The notes beneath the pieces were generated by a model that searched no databases, was not told where the DNA came from, and worked only from the letters and a program-made list of their open reading frames with translations. This document shows, in pieces, positions 9,436-21,600 of a stretch of 64,000 bases of DNA. Every line of letters begins with the position of its first letter. Position 1 is the stretch's first letter. The translations under genes and the position numbers were made by a program. The DNA is taken from contig OZ316891.1 of NCBI GenBank assembly GCA_973895155.1, positions 11,840,771 through 11,904,770 of the forward strand, in the 5' to 3' direction. Origin of the DNA: Marsupella aquatica (Eukaryota > Plantae > Marchantiophyta).

Positions 9436-11502
9436 ATGGATTCTAGTGGAGGGCGTGGAGGGGATGGGGCAGGGGCAAGTGGGAGTGGGAGTGGCAATGG
9501 CAATGGAGGGAACAGGAATGAGGAGAGTAATCAATGGACGAATTTGATGGCCGAGCATCTCAATGCCATACAGCTGAGCCATTTGGATTTGAGTACACCA
9601 GCTGGGATTGCTTCTTTGAGTGCAATTCTAGGGCAAGCTTTGCAAACCGGGGTTGCAGCAGGGCAGGCTCAGAGGGAGAAAGAGGCAAAGGCTGCAGCTG
9701 AGGAGAAGGCCAGAGAGAAGAAACGAAAGAAGGAGGAGAGGGCTAAGGCAGGAGTACTCTCTCCTGCAGCCCTCGAAAAGAAGAGGAGAAGGGAGGAACG
9801 AGATGAGATTCGAGCACAACGTGAGGCGCAGCGGAAAAAGGAGGAAGAGAGGAAGAAGCTGCCATTGATTGCCTTGGTTGAGGGCATTCCTACTGAGTTG
9901 GCCTACACTGGGGCAAAGAGCACTATCAGGCTTGCTGTGAGGACTAGCTTTGCATGAGGTGTTGAGTGGGGGAAACTAAGCAGAGCAGAGCAGTGGAAAG
10001 TAATGACTCAGGTCAAAGATTCATTCAGAAATGGAGCAGAGATTGATGACCAGTGGCTTGCAGATAGAATTTTGAATTCAATGTCTCAAGCACGATACCA
10101 TGATAGGAGGAAGGTGAGGGCCTACCTGGCAAGCTTGCAGGAGTACAGGAACGTGAGGAGGCCAGTGCAATTCACAGAGGATGTGTGGAACGCGTTCTAT
10201 AAGGTCGAGGTGCAGCTGAAAGCAACCAAGGACCTCCAATTCTGGAAGGAGAAGGAGGCCAAGGCACTTCAGGCCGGGAAGTCAGACAAAGACCTCAAGG
10301 CATTGGCTGAGAAGGTCTCTCAGCTGCAGCACATCGTGGATGAAGTGGGGACACCACCCCAGAAGTTCATCCTTGCAGCAGACCGAGTCAGCAAACGCCC
10401 CAAGACCACACACAAGATGGGGCAAGGTGGACTTCCCGGCCTGAAAGCAACCTTCGTGAGTCCTCTCCCCTCCTCCCCTGCTTCTTTTCCTTCGCCTTCA
10501 ATTGTTGTTTGCTTGCCTGCAATGCCCCTTGCAGACCTCTGCTTTACCCCTTATGGCCTCCCCTTTCGTTTTAGGTCACCCTGACACATTGCATGCCTTA
10601 GCCATTTCTCGGATTTTTTTAAAAGCACAATTTGCGAAACAATTGTGAAGCGGGTTGCCTCGCAATTGTTTCGCAAACTCTATTATAACCTTTTTCCCGT
10701 AAGGTTTGCGAAGCCATTGCGAGGCAATCCAATTCGCAGTCTATTTCGCAAACTTAAATATATTTGAATTTGCGAAGGTGGGAGTTTCGCAAAGCTTGTT
10801 TCATTTTGAAAAACGTTTAGTGTCGAGTGACAAATGTTTGTTAGGGTAATGGGGTTTTTTTTCTGGTTAGGGTACCCTTTTTACCCTTTTTAGGATTCCT
10901 TTTTTGCTTAAGTACCCTTAGTTACTAACCCGAGCCCCTTATGTTTTGGTGTTTCATTTTTTTGTGGTAGTATAAGAGGTACCGCCGCAAGATAACAACA
11001 AAGGAGATGGAGATTGGGGCAGAGCATGGGGCCAGACATCTCTTTGAGTTGGTTGATGCAGAGTTGGCTAGTGTGAGTGATTTGTAGTACCCTTTCTAAA
11101 CCCGCACCCATTCCATTTATAAGGTTTATACATTTTTCCTATTAACCCTAAACCCGAATTAACCTTGTGACATGGAAGCAGGATAAGGAGGAGCAGGAGG
11201 GGAGTGAGGATAGCAGTGAGGAGGATAGCGGCGCTGATGATGGGGACACTACCGAGGCCACCACGAGTGGGTCTAGAGGGGCAGGGAGTGCTGCCACACC
11301 TAGCACACCAGGAGACCAGGAGGATGATGATGAGGATGATGACGATGATGAGGATGAGCTAGATGGGGAGGAGCAGCAGGCACCACCACCACCGCCACCG
11401 CCACCACCACCACCACCCCCCTCCCGTCCAGCTCGTCCCGCCCAAAGCAAGAAGGACAAGGGGAAGAGGCCAGCAAAGAGGAGTAGGCGGGCTCCATTCT
11501 AG
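9436..11502 (+). pseudogene. CACTA second gene, TnpA/Ptta (Transposase_24)-like DNA-binding protein, multi-exon, one premature stop
   Basis: ORF 9436-9957 continues in frame past TGA (9955) into the 10003 ORF: 'W..L...QW', 'RRPVQFTEDVWNAF', 'THKMGQGG'. Donor GTGAGT ~10456; probable middle exon ~10971-11050; last exon with acidic, poly-Pro and basic NLS-like tail to 11502. Confidence 0.65.
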
Positions 11503-11689
11503 AGGATGCAGATGTAGTTCACTCCGTATGGCATATGGATTAGTCAAAGGACAGTGTCTTGGTATTTGATACCCCATAGGGTTTTAGAAAACCCTAATTT
11601 TTGTACATTCAGGGATTTTGCTTTGGTATCTTCATGTGGAGCAATAAGACCCCAACCCAATTATGAACCCAAATATACAAAACCAAGCC

Positions 11690-12110
11690 CTCAAACTATC
11701 CTTGCGAAACATATGCGAACGCCATACTATCGCAAACTTGCCATACATTGAGTATTGGAATATTGCGATACTTTTGGTTCCGCAATTGTGCGACACCCTC
11801 ACTGATGCAGTTATGCGATACCATATGAATGGCAACGGAATTGTCAAGACAACAGCTTCGCAAATAAGTTATAGTTCAAAGCGCGTCGCAAACCGATAAA
11901 GAGTCTGTCGAGATCGCATAAATGTGATTTATGTGCGATAAAATAAGTTTCGCAGTGTGCGAAGGTGTTGCGAAGGGGTTGTGAAAGTCCGATTGCGAAG
12001 CTGTGGGTTTCAAAGAATGCGAAAGGGTTGCGATGCGTAGCGTTTTGCAAACGCCGGAATTTCATAATTTGGTCCTTTGTTAGTTGCGATGGGACGGGGT
12101 TCGCAAAAGG
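11690..12110. repeat. CACTA right subterminal repeat array (TTGCGAA/TTCGCAA)
   Basis: Same motif as the left end, many copies in both orientations. Confidence 0.85.
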
Positions 12111-12129
12111 GGTCGGTAGTGTTGTAGTG

Positions 12130-15100
12130 CATGCTTCCTCTTCTGCTTTATCAGTAACAAAGAGTCGATTTAAACCAAAAACATCAATTCCTCAATGCTC
12201 TCGATCCAAGATTTTGGATTCAAAAAGTGTGGAGTGTTGGAATTGTGGCAAGACAGGCCACATCAAAAAGAATTGCAAAAAAAACCAAAGATTGCTTTTC
12301 ATCAGGCTAGTTTGGTTGTGTCTGATGATGAAGGATTTACTTTGTGCACCGATTCTTCTATCGTGCATTCAGAACTTGATTGAATTTTGGATTCTGCTTG
12401 TTCTTATCACATGACTTCGACAAGAGCTTTTTTTCATTCCTATGAATCCACTATCGGAAGTGTCTTGATGGGGAATGTTCAACCCTGCCAGATAATTAGC
12501 ATGGGTATAGTAAAAATTCAGATGTCTGTTGGCATTCTTCAAACGTTAACAAATGTCAAACATATTCCTCATCTCAAAAGGAATTTGATTTCTCTTGGAG
12601 CTTTGGACACTATTGGATGTCAGTGGAGTACAGTTGATGGCATTTTGCAAGTGAAGAAGGGATCTCTCAATGTCATGAAAGCCCAAAAGATAGGAAATTT
12701 ATATATCTTGAATGGAGACACCATCCTTGGCAATGTTAATGTGGTTTCATCAGAGGAGGACCAGACACGCTTGTGGCATGCACGACTAGGTCACATGAGT
12801 GAACAAGGATTGGCGGTGCTATGTAAGCAGAAACTCTTGCCCGATGCAAAGTCTTCAAGCTAGAATTTTATCAGCATTGTATTCTTGGCAAGCAGCATCG
12901 TGTAAGTTTTAACATTGCTCATCATATCTCCAAAGATATACTCGATTATATTCATTCTGATGTGTGGGAATCCCCAGTTCTTTCCATTTCATGCATGAAA
13001 TACTATATCTCATTTATTGATGACTATTCACACATGATTTGGATTTATTTCATGTGTGAGAAGTCGGAGGTATTTTCAATCTTCAAGAAGTGGAAAACAT
13101 AAGTTGAGACACAAACGGGAAAGAAGGTGAAGTATCTCCACTCAGACAATGGCGGTGAGTATATTTCCAACGAGTTCAACCTCTATTGTGAGCATGAAGG
13201 CCTTACTTGACATTTGACCAATGTGTATACTCCACAGCAAAATGGTGTTGTAAAACGGCTCAAGAGAACCTTGTTGGAGCGTTTGCAGAGTATGTTAAGT
13301 CAAGTAGGTCTTCCGCAGATCTTCTGGGCTGAAGATGTTAATACGGCAGCTTATTTGCTAACTTTATCTCCAGTTAGCAGCATTTGTTGTAAGACTCCTT
13401 TTGAGATATAGCACCAAAGACCTGTTGATTATACCAAACTACGTGTGTTTGGTTGTGAGGCATGATATGCTCTCTTGCCTCCAATATCACGCACTAAACT
13501 TGATCCAAAGTCTGTGCAGTGCATATTTCTTGGTTATCAGAAAGGAGTGAAATGGTATCGCCTATGGGACCCTTTGGCACAAAAGCTGGTAGTCAGCATC
13601 GATGTTTCATTCAATGAGGTTTTCTCATTGAAAGATGGGGAGAAAATGGTGGAAACTCCAAATGTTGACAGGATTGAGGGAGAGATTGAGCATGAATATG
13701 CTCATTAACTAGTGTTAGCGCCAACACCAATACCAGCAGCATCAGAACCAACTATTGAAGTGCCAGAATCATCAAAGAGATCTTCATCAAGACCTCACAA
13801 GGAGCCTACACGATTTGGAACTTGATTTCCATCTCAGGATCACATGGATATTGATGATGAAGATGCTGACGATTCTGGGAATGTGTTGATCATTGAGGAT
13901 GGAGAACCATCCACTTATTCAGAGGCCATGGCTTCCATTGAGAAGCCAGAATGGATTGCCGCCATGAATAAGGAAATGAAGTCACTCTATGACAACAAGA
14001 CGTGGCAACTAGAAAAACTGCCTCAAAAAAAGCAAGCAGTTGATTGCAAGTGGGTGTATAAGGTGAAAGAAGGAGGTAGTGATCATGAGGAGAAGATTTA
14101 CAAGGCAAGACTGGTTGCCAAGGGTTTTACACAACGCAAAGGTGTGGACTATAGTGATGTCTTCTCTCCAGTGATCAGACAAGCTACCCTTCGCTTACTC
14201 ATGGCACTTGTGGTTATTTTTTATCTCTGCTTGGAATAGATGGATGTTGTCACAGCTTTCCTAGATATGGTTTGCTGGAAGAGGTGATCTTCATGAGACA
14301 GCCTGAAGGGTATATATGTCAAAAGAGGCAAGGAGCATCTGGTGTGCAAGCTGTTAAAATCCTTGTATGGATTGAAACAGAGTCCAAGACAGTGGAACAA
14401 GAGATTCAAAGATTTTATGTTGTCACTTGGATTTATTCAAAGTGTGCATGACTGCTGTCTATACATGAAGAGAGTGAATGATGAAACTTTTGGTTTTATC
14501 TTGCTAGCTCTTTATGTGGATGATATGCTCATAGTAGCAAAGAATAAATCTGACATTACTAAGCTGAAAGCTCATTGAGCTCTGAGTTTAGTATGAAAGA
14601 TTTGGGTGTTGCTAAGTGCATATTGGGCATGGAGATTCATAGGGATAGACAAAATGACAAATTATGGTTGACACAAAGTAAGTACACTAATAAGGTTGTT
14701 GCCAAGTTCAATATGGCAAGTGCCAAGTCTGTGAGTACTCCTTTGGCATCACATTTCAAGCTTTCAGCTGCATCCTGCCCCACAGATGCAATTGAGAGAG
14801 ATCATATATCTAAGGTTCCCTATGATATTGTTGTGGGCAGTTTAATGTATCTTATGGTTTGTACCAGGCCCGATATAGCACATGCTGTTGGATTGGTGAG
14901 CAGGTACATGACTAATCCAGGAAAGATACATTGGGAAGCAGTAAAGTGGATACTACGTTATCTGCAGGGAACCTCTACTGTTGGACTGTTGTTTGATGCA
15001 CACAGTGAAGATGCGGAATCATTGATTGGCTATGTGGACTCTGACTATGGAGGAGATTTGGACCAGAGGAAGTCCACCTCAGGATACACTTTCACTCTTG

Positions 15101-15853
15101 CAGGTGGATGTGTGAGTTGGAGGTCCACAAAGCATAAATGCATATCTCAGTCTTCTACTGAAGCTGAATATGTGGTAGCAGCTGAAGCAGCTAAGGAGGC
15201 GATTTGGTTAAGCAACTTGGTGAAGGATTTGGGGATTACACAACGCATTGTGCTTCTCCATTGTGATAGCAATAGTGCTTTACACATTGCTGCCAACCAA
15301 ATGACACATGGCAAAGTTAAACACATTGATATCTGGTATCACTTCATCAGACAGGCAATGTCAGCAGGAAAGGTTGAGCTAGTCAAGATTGATGGTAAAC
15401 TCAATCCAGTTAACATGTTAACCAAGGTTATCCCTCATGGTGATTTTGCAAAATATGGCAATTCACTGCATATCTTAGCTTCATATTGCTAGCAGCTAGC
15501 TCAAGGCTAGAGTCAAGGGAGAGTTTGTTAGGGTTTCGACTCAACCTTGGCTAGGTTAAATAGAGTTAGTTAACCAGAATTAACATTAGTTGACTAGACT
15601 CTTCATGAAGAGATAACCCTCTTGGTGTCCCATGGAGAGAGAACACTTAGTTGAGAACTTTGTGAGAGAGAGAGAGAGAGAGAGCTTGGACCATGGAGCT
15701 ATGGTGATATGTATTTTTGTGTTCATAGTGAAGCTCTTGGTGCGGCCGTGGACGTAGCCCTGACGGGGTGAACCACGTATCTTTGTGTCAGTGTACCGGA
15801 GTGTTGTATGACTGACGATTATGAGACGTCATGCTGTCCGTTTCGATCCTACA
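12130..15853 (+). mobile_element. Ty1/Copia LTR retrotransposon, lacking 5' LTR and gag N-terminus, decayed
   Basis: Zn knuckle CWNCGKTGHIKKNC, protease 'ILDSACSYHM', GAG-pre-integrase 'LWHARLGHMSE', integrase 'TPQQNGV', RT '[26 protein letters not shown]', RNase H 'SSTEAEY/KHIDIWYHFIR'. Many stops and frameshifts. Confidence 0.96.
15526..15853 (+). repeat. Copia 3' LTR preceded by polypurine tract
   Basis: PPT AAGGGAGAG (15515-15523); starts TGTTAGG, ends CCTACA; contains (GA)n at ~15664-15683 and a 'ccgtggacgtagcc...gaaccacgta' Copia LTR-type motif. Confidence 0.8.
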
Positions 15854-18668
15854 CCTTGGATGAACATGGGGGTCTATAGATTAATTCTTAAATAGCTATT
15901 TATTGTCATACTTGCCTTTTCCTTTAATTTCCTTCCCCCTCCATCGCCACCGTTTCCTCCTTTTCCTCCTTCTCCACTGACTCCAAACCTCCCTGCCTGT
16001 TCCGTTGTACCCTGTCTACCTATGTATTGACATGTATACTTGCCGTTTCCATTCCCCTTCCCGACCCCAGCCCTTCAGTCAAGTTCCCTTTCCTTGTTTC
16101 TCTACTCCAGACCTCTCCTTTCCGCTGGCCTCTGCCCTCCCTTCCCTCTCGTGGCTCTCCGGCCCGTGTTTAATACCTGCTCATCATCCACTTTGCCCAC
16201 CATGCATCTGGACCTTATCCTTGGTATGCCTAGATCCAATGAAGGGTTGGAATGAGATCCAATCTTCATTTAGAGCACACACTAGAGAATGCTTCATGCT
16301 CAATTATGTTCATTTATAATCAGACCATGTATGAGAAAGAATGATTTCTGCCCAATTATATTCATTTGTGATCAGACCATGGGAAAGAAAACGCACATCC
16401 CATATTATGCGGTCTCAATTCCATACTAGGCGGTCTCAAGTTACATCAAAATTTGGTGTACCTTAAACTACTAGGGTCTTTCCCCCTCCCTTTATTGGGG
16501 TCTTTATGCCTTTGGGGTCCTGTTTCCTAGTTTGGCTTTGGCACGGTTATATATATACTAGGTTTGTTTGGCCCCTTTTGTACCTTGGCACTCTTAAATA
16601 TACTAGGTTAAAGGTTATGGACATAGAAAGTTATATATGGACTACCAAATTCATAATTCTAAAGAACGATCACATGCCAAGAAGGGAAGTCACTCTAAAG
16701 GCCCGTCTAAAGGTTAATGAAAAAAAAACTTTAAAAAACAACTTTTACACAACTTGTGAATGAGTGTGTGGTCCAAAAATAGCTTCAAGAAAAGTTGTAC
16801 ACAACTTTTCGAAGCCATCACCTGTCCAGTAAAGATGAAGCTTCGAGAGGCCCTATTACAGTAGATACCCTACCCTATGAAGTCCACTAGGGAAGAAGGT
16901 ACAATTCACCAGAATGATGCAGCAACTTACTCCTGCTAGACCTTGCTGTCCCCAGAAACAAAAGAAGAAACTGTTGTGTGGCTTCCAAAGTCAATTCAAA
17001 GCCTCCCTTGCCGACTCCCAGCTCAATTGCACAGTGATGTTGGGACCTCTCCATCAGGAGTTTAGATCGGTGGCAGAGGTCATGCCCGTCAAAGGAAGCT
17101 GAAATGTACAGTCCTTAGATGCCGAAGGAGTCAATTGTGGTGTACTGTACGTACTAGAGTCTAGAAAGATCTACTGTGGACTAAATTACATTAGAGCAAC
17201 ACCGCGTGACCGTCCTCTCCAGATGACGTTTGCGACAGTGTGATCTTATCAGCAGAGAACGAAGGGTCGGACTCACTGTGATATCCACATTCATTGCTGA
17301 CCATTGCCACTCGTGGATTTTTGGAGAAGTGAAGTTTTGAGTTACGTTTGCAATTCCATCAAGTGGACCGTCGAGCACGTACGGGTGTGCATGACAGCTG
17401 ATCAAGAGTTGCCCAAGATCCCAACATGTACTGTCAAGTGTAGCACGCCGTCCAACTACAGCAGGATTAGTCAGCCGGTTGACTGAGTGGGCGGTCATCC
17501 ATAGTTACTTGTGACTCAATGTGAGGAAGAGCTGCACGGTGACTGAGTCCACGTAGGGTCGACCTTGCGATTTGCGAGCAGCTTGACCGTTTTCCTTGTC
17601 GATAGATTGAAGAGCAAATTGCATCGGTGACAAGCTGAAGGCCCGGGCTGCAAGGCCATCTATGAAATCCTGAAAGAGTTCGATCTACTTAGCTACGTAG
17701 AGTATCGAGGAGGTGCATTGATGGGTTCAGTAAACTAAACTATTCGCGTTACGTTGTACTGTAATTGCGTTATCCTGGAGTGGCGAGACGCACGTGAGCA
17801 ACGAGGTTGAAAGTTTAGGCATCCTGGGCTATTATTGAAAGCTCTGGCTCCTGTTTCGAATGCTTTTCCCTGCTGCCGGGTTAGAGCTGCAGATAGACCC
17901 AAACCTTGCCAATATCAGCATGTGATCCGGCGTGCGCTTTTCCAGAAAGGGGTCTGGCCCAAGTATTATCTGCTACCTGATCGTCGTATGTTGGATTTCA
18001 CAATTCCAGACCAAGTTCTGGTCAGTCCATGTGTATCAGTCTCACTGCACCCTAGACCTGTTCTACTGTTATATATATATATATCTAGAACCCTGAATTC
18101 TGCTAGAAGAACGGACTAAGGAGAAGTTACTCCAAAACACTTTCGAGGTTTCACACTTTTCTTGTAAATTTTGCTCCACGTCAATTCTGGTAAGAGTCTT
18201 TTGGATAGAGTTTTTTGGTCAAGTTTTCCTTCATTACTTGACGTTCATCCTGGGATTTTGAAGATCATGACAGACGATTGATAATTGAGAGGTGGAAATC
18301 CTCCTCAACCTGCCGGTTAGATAATTTCGTCTACTACATTTTCCTTCTTATTATTTGGATCTGGGTGGAAAGCTGGGACCGATTTGGAGAAGATCCACTT
18401 GGTGATAGATGTAAAGGATACGAAGCTAGGTAATCCTCCTTCCACCATACTCGAGATCCGATGAGATGAGATCCAGGAATCAAATATATTCGTACAGTTG
18501 AAGTGCATGAGAAATCTGTGGCAATCGAGCTTGCCCACAGTCTAGGTCAGAACGTTAGTTTGGGAGTCCAAACAGAAGATTGGGAATCCACGCCACTACG
18601 TGCAGAGAGCGGCCATCGACGGGGAATGGTCTAGAAAAACGAGTTGCTATTGTCTTCAAGTTAATTCG

Positions 18669-21600
18669 ATGAAGAACACTTTTGAAGGGCCTGCCAGTCC
18701 CAACCAAGTTACCTCGGATCAAAAGCAACAACTTCTATGGACATCTGTTGTGACGGACAAGACACAAACCTCTCGTACGTGGTGTTTCTATAGCAAGAAG
18801 CTCCAGGTAAAAGTGTCGACCTCGAGCTTGTGGACTCTCACTGTGGTCTGCTTCATAATAACCCTAGCCTGTGTGTTTTCCACAAGGAATTCCATGGATC
18901 CTTACTTCATCTTTGGCCCAGGAGCACCTTGGGGTGGGCTCCTAGAACAGAACAAAACCAGCCCAAGTGAGGGATTACGCGTAACAACTGTGAACGTTTC
19001 GCAGCAATTGAATGACATTGATGAGCACGAAAGGCAAGATGGAGATCATGGTGTCGATCATAAATACTTCATCCGGCAAACTAATATCCGAGGGAAGAAT
19101 GCAGTAGACCAGTTCCGAGCTCATACGGATTGCCTCAGGTTGGTTAGCCCCAGCTATACTCTTGCACAAATCCCTGTTAGATAGTAATAGTCCAAGTTCC
19201 GAACGTCAATGGGTGATTGCGTTTTGTATTCATGGATATTTTGGTCAAGCAACTCGTGTGATAGTCAGTTTCTCTGTTGAATTTACTCATCTGCATATTT
19301 AGAAGCTCCACTGTCATGGCTAGTATACTCATTGATTAGCCGTCGCAGACATAATAAATTTTGTAATCTGAGAAACGGACGCGAGATTTTGAATGAGAAA
19401 TTCTGCATCATTTCCATTTCTTGGTTCTGCTTTCAAGGACATGATGCTTGCAGCAAATAGGTGTACAAAACCACATAAATCTCACGACTGGGTACTGAAT
19501 CATATCCTCGCACGCAGTGCTTCGGGACGGTGGATGTACGACCCAACCCCAAGGAAACTGCCATGGATTGGAATGAAGGATTCTACTTGGGCTCAGAAGT
19601 GTGATAGAGAGCACATGCGTCACAGCGGTCTGGCAGGAGAAATGGCGGATTTCATCGCATTGAGCAACGGGACTGGTGGGACCTGGTCGGTGAGCTTCTC
19701 AATCCGATTCTCCATCCCTCGTGCTCACATCATTCTGTTTACTTAGTCCATTCAATTCCGATATGCCATTTTCTGATTGAGATTCAATTCCAATTGAAGT
19801 ATTATTTGTTCATCTCAGTCCTTGGTTTGCTCAGAACTATGAACTAAGCTAAATCAAGGCAATTATACAGATAGATTTAACAGAATGCAGAATGCTCGTT
19901 GTGAAAGGCTTTGCCTACTTTCGAGCACAAATTAGCCAATTCCTGATTCGGTCTGGAAAATTTCGAAGAGTCCTTGATTGCTGTACGAGTGGAGCAGGAT
20001 TATTTTTTGTCTATTCCCAACGTTCCTGAGGATGGTCCAAACGCGACCCTTATCTCCGTCCCAATACTGAGGCTGGAGCAACAAAATGTGCTGGTCTGGA
20101 GAGCATGGACATCTTCAACAGAGAGTTCTGCCTAATCCACCGCGAAGACTTGAATGACGTCTTCCGGCTGTCAAAGCTGGCCATGCAAGTTGGTTTGTCC
20201 CCGACACGTACCCAGATCGCGTCCCATAATTATTCCGGTGTAGAAGGCAACTGTTCTAACATCCAGATGAATAAACGTTGTCATGAAAGTGGAAATCACG
20301 TGCCATCCCCAGATTGACGTTTCCCGTTCACGCCACATTATTTGGCATGAGCTCCAGACTCTGGACCCACACAAGGCCATAGAAGTGGATCTCGTGCCAT
20401 CCCCAGCCACGTTTCCCGTTCACGCTGCATTTCTTATTAGCATGAGCTCTAGCTTGTGGACCCGCGCAAGGCCCATGTGTCCCGCTCCCTGGTCGGAGTT
20501 GCCAAACTCCCAATGCTAATAGATTTTTTCCCTAGTTGGGACTGTTCGTTTTAGGGATCCTAAAACGAACTGTTCGTTTGGTCAAATACCTCTTGTCACC
20601 GTCCCCAACAGTATAAACAGTATAGTACGTTTTGCAGTTTGTTGATCACCACTATAATGATTACCCTTCTTTGAACTTAGATGGAGATTGAAGAAAAATA
20701 AATCTTGCAAAACAAAAGTGTTGTTGGCCTCCATCCCTCTTTTTTTTACCCTCACTTCTGTCTCCCTTTTTTTATCCTCCTTTCTATTTTATGTTTATTC
20801 AAGTCATTCTTAGTTTATCTTTCTTTAGAGTCAATGTCAGTTTTGTTAATTTTTGATCCCATACTAGTTGGGTGCACCTTCACTTTTTGTCTTATTGAGA
20901 GTTATTGTCTGGTTTCACTCTTGTTAGTTTTTTATCCCATACTTGTTTGGTACACCTTCACTTTTTGTCTTATTGAGAGTTACTGTCTAGAGATTTCATT
21001 ACTCGAGACAAGTGGCCCTTGAAAGTAGCTTTGCATTGCCCTTTATTGATAAGAAGTCTTCAGTTTTTTTGAGTTTTGGCACTCCCTAACTTTTGTTTTG
21101 TTTTTTCCTTAGTTCCTGCATCCAAGTAGGGAGCTTTTTGTTATTGGGCTCTCTTAAACGTACTTGAAGGTGGAGAAATCACGTCCGATTGTTAGTGTCC
21201 CCAAGTATGGCTGGTCTATGATAGGAAATTGCAAAAGTTAGGGTGTGTGTGAAGGGTTTAGGGTGTGTGTGTGAAGTCCAATGTATGGTTTACCTTCGAA
21301 CTGGAAATGAGTATAATAATATTAATTTCTGACCCGAGATTGTCGTGGAAGTAGCTGTAGCCTAGTGGTATGGGGTCTCAGGTCTTGGTGCAAAATCTTA
21401 TTGTGAGGTCAGCTATCCTAAGAAAATGTCAAAATCCCATGAGATTGGTGCAGGACCGTTTATCCTTGTGTCAGACAAAGAGCTGCAGGCCTCAACGTCA
21501 AGTCCGTTGATTGTAAGACACATAAGCGACGGCTGGCGCCTCTACTAAAGCCATTGCTCAAGCAACGGAGCCTCGCTGTTCCAATATTCGAATCAGAGCG

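Larger units (their letters stand above)
4364..12129. mobile_element. CACTA (En/Spm) DNA transposon, internally deleted
   Basis: Left end CACTACAACAtattttgCCCTTTTGCGAA (from 4364). Right end reverse complement CACTACAACActaccgacCCCTTTTGCGAA (to 12129). Dense TTGCGAA/TTCGCAA subterminal repeats; TnpD domains inside. Confidence 0.93.

Noticed and set aside
11148-11577. Poly-Gly/Ser/His/Trp ORFs
   Set aside because: Alternative frames of the GAT/CCA triplet runs in the last exon of the TnpA-like gene.
4380-12110. TTGCGAA arrays and other repeats as a possible CRISPR-like array
   Set aside because: The motif is only ~7 bp, irregularly spaced and in both orientations; there are no constant repeat-spacer units or cas genes, and the context is eukaryotic.
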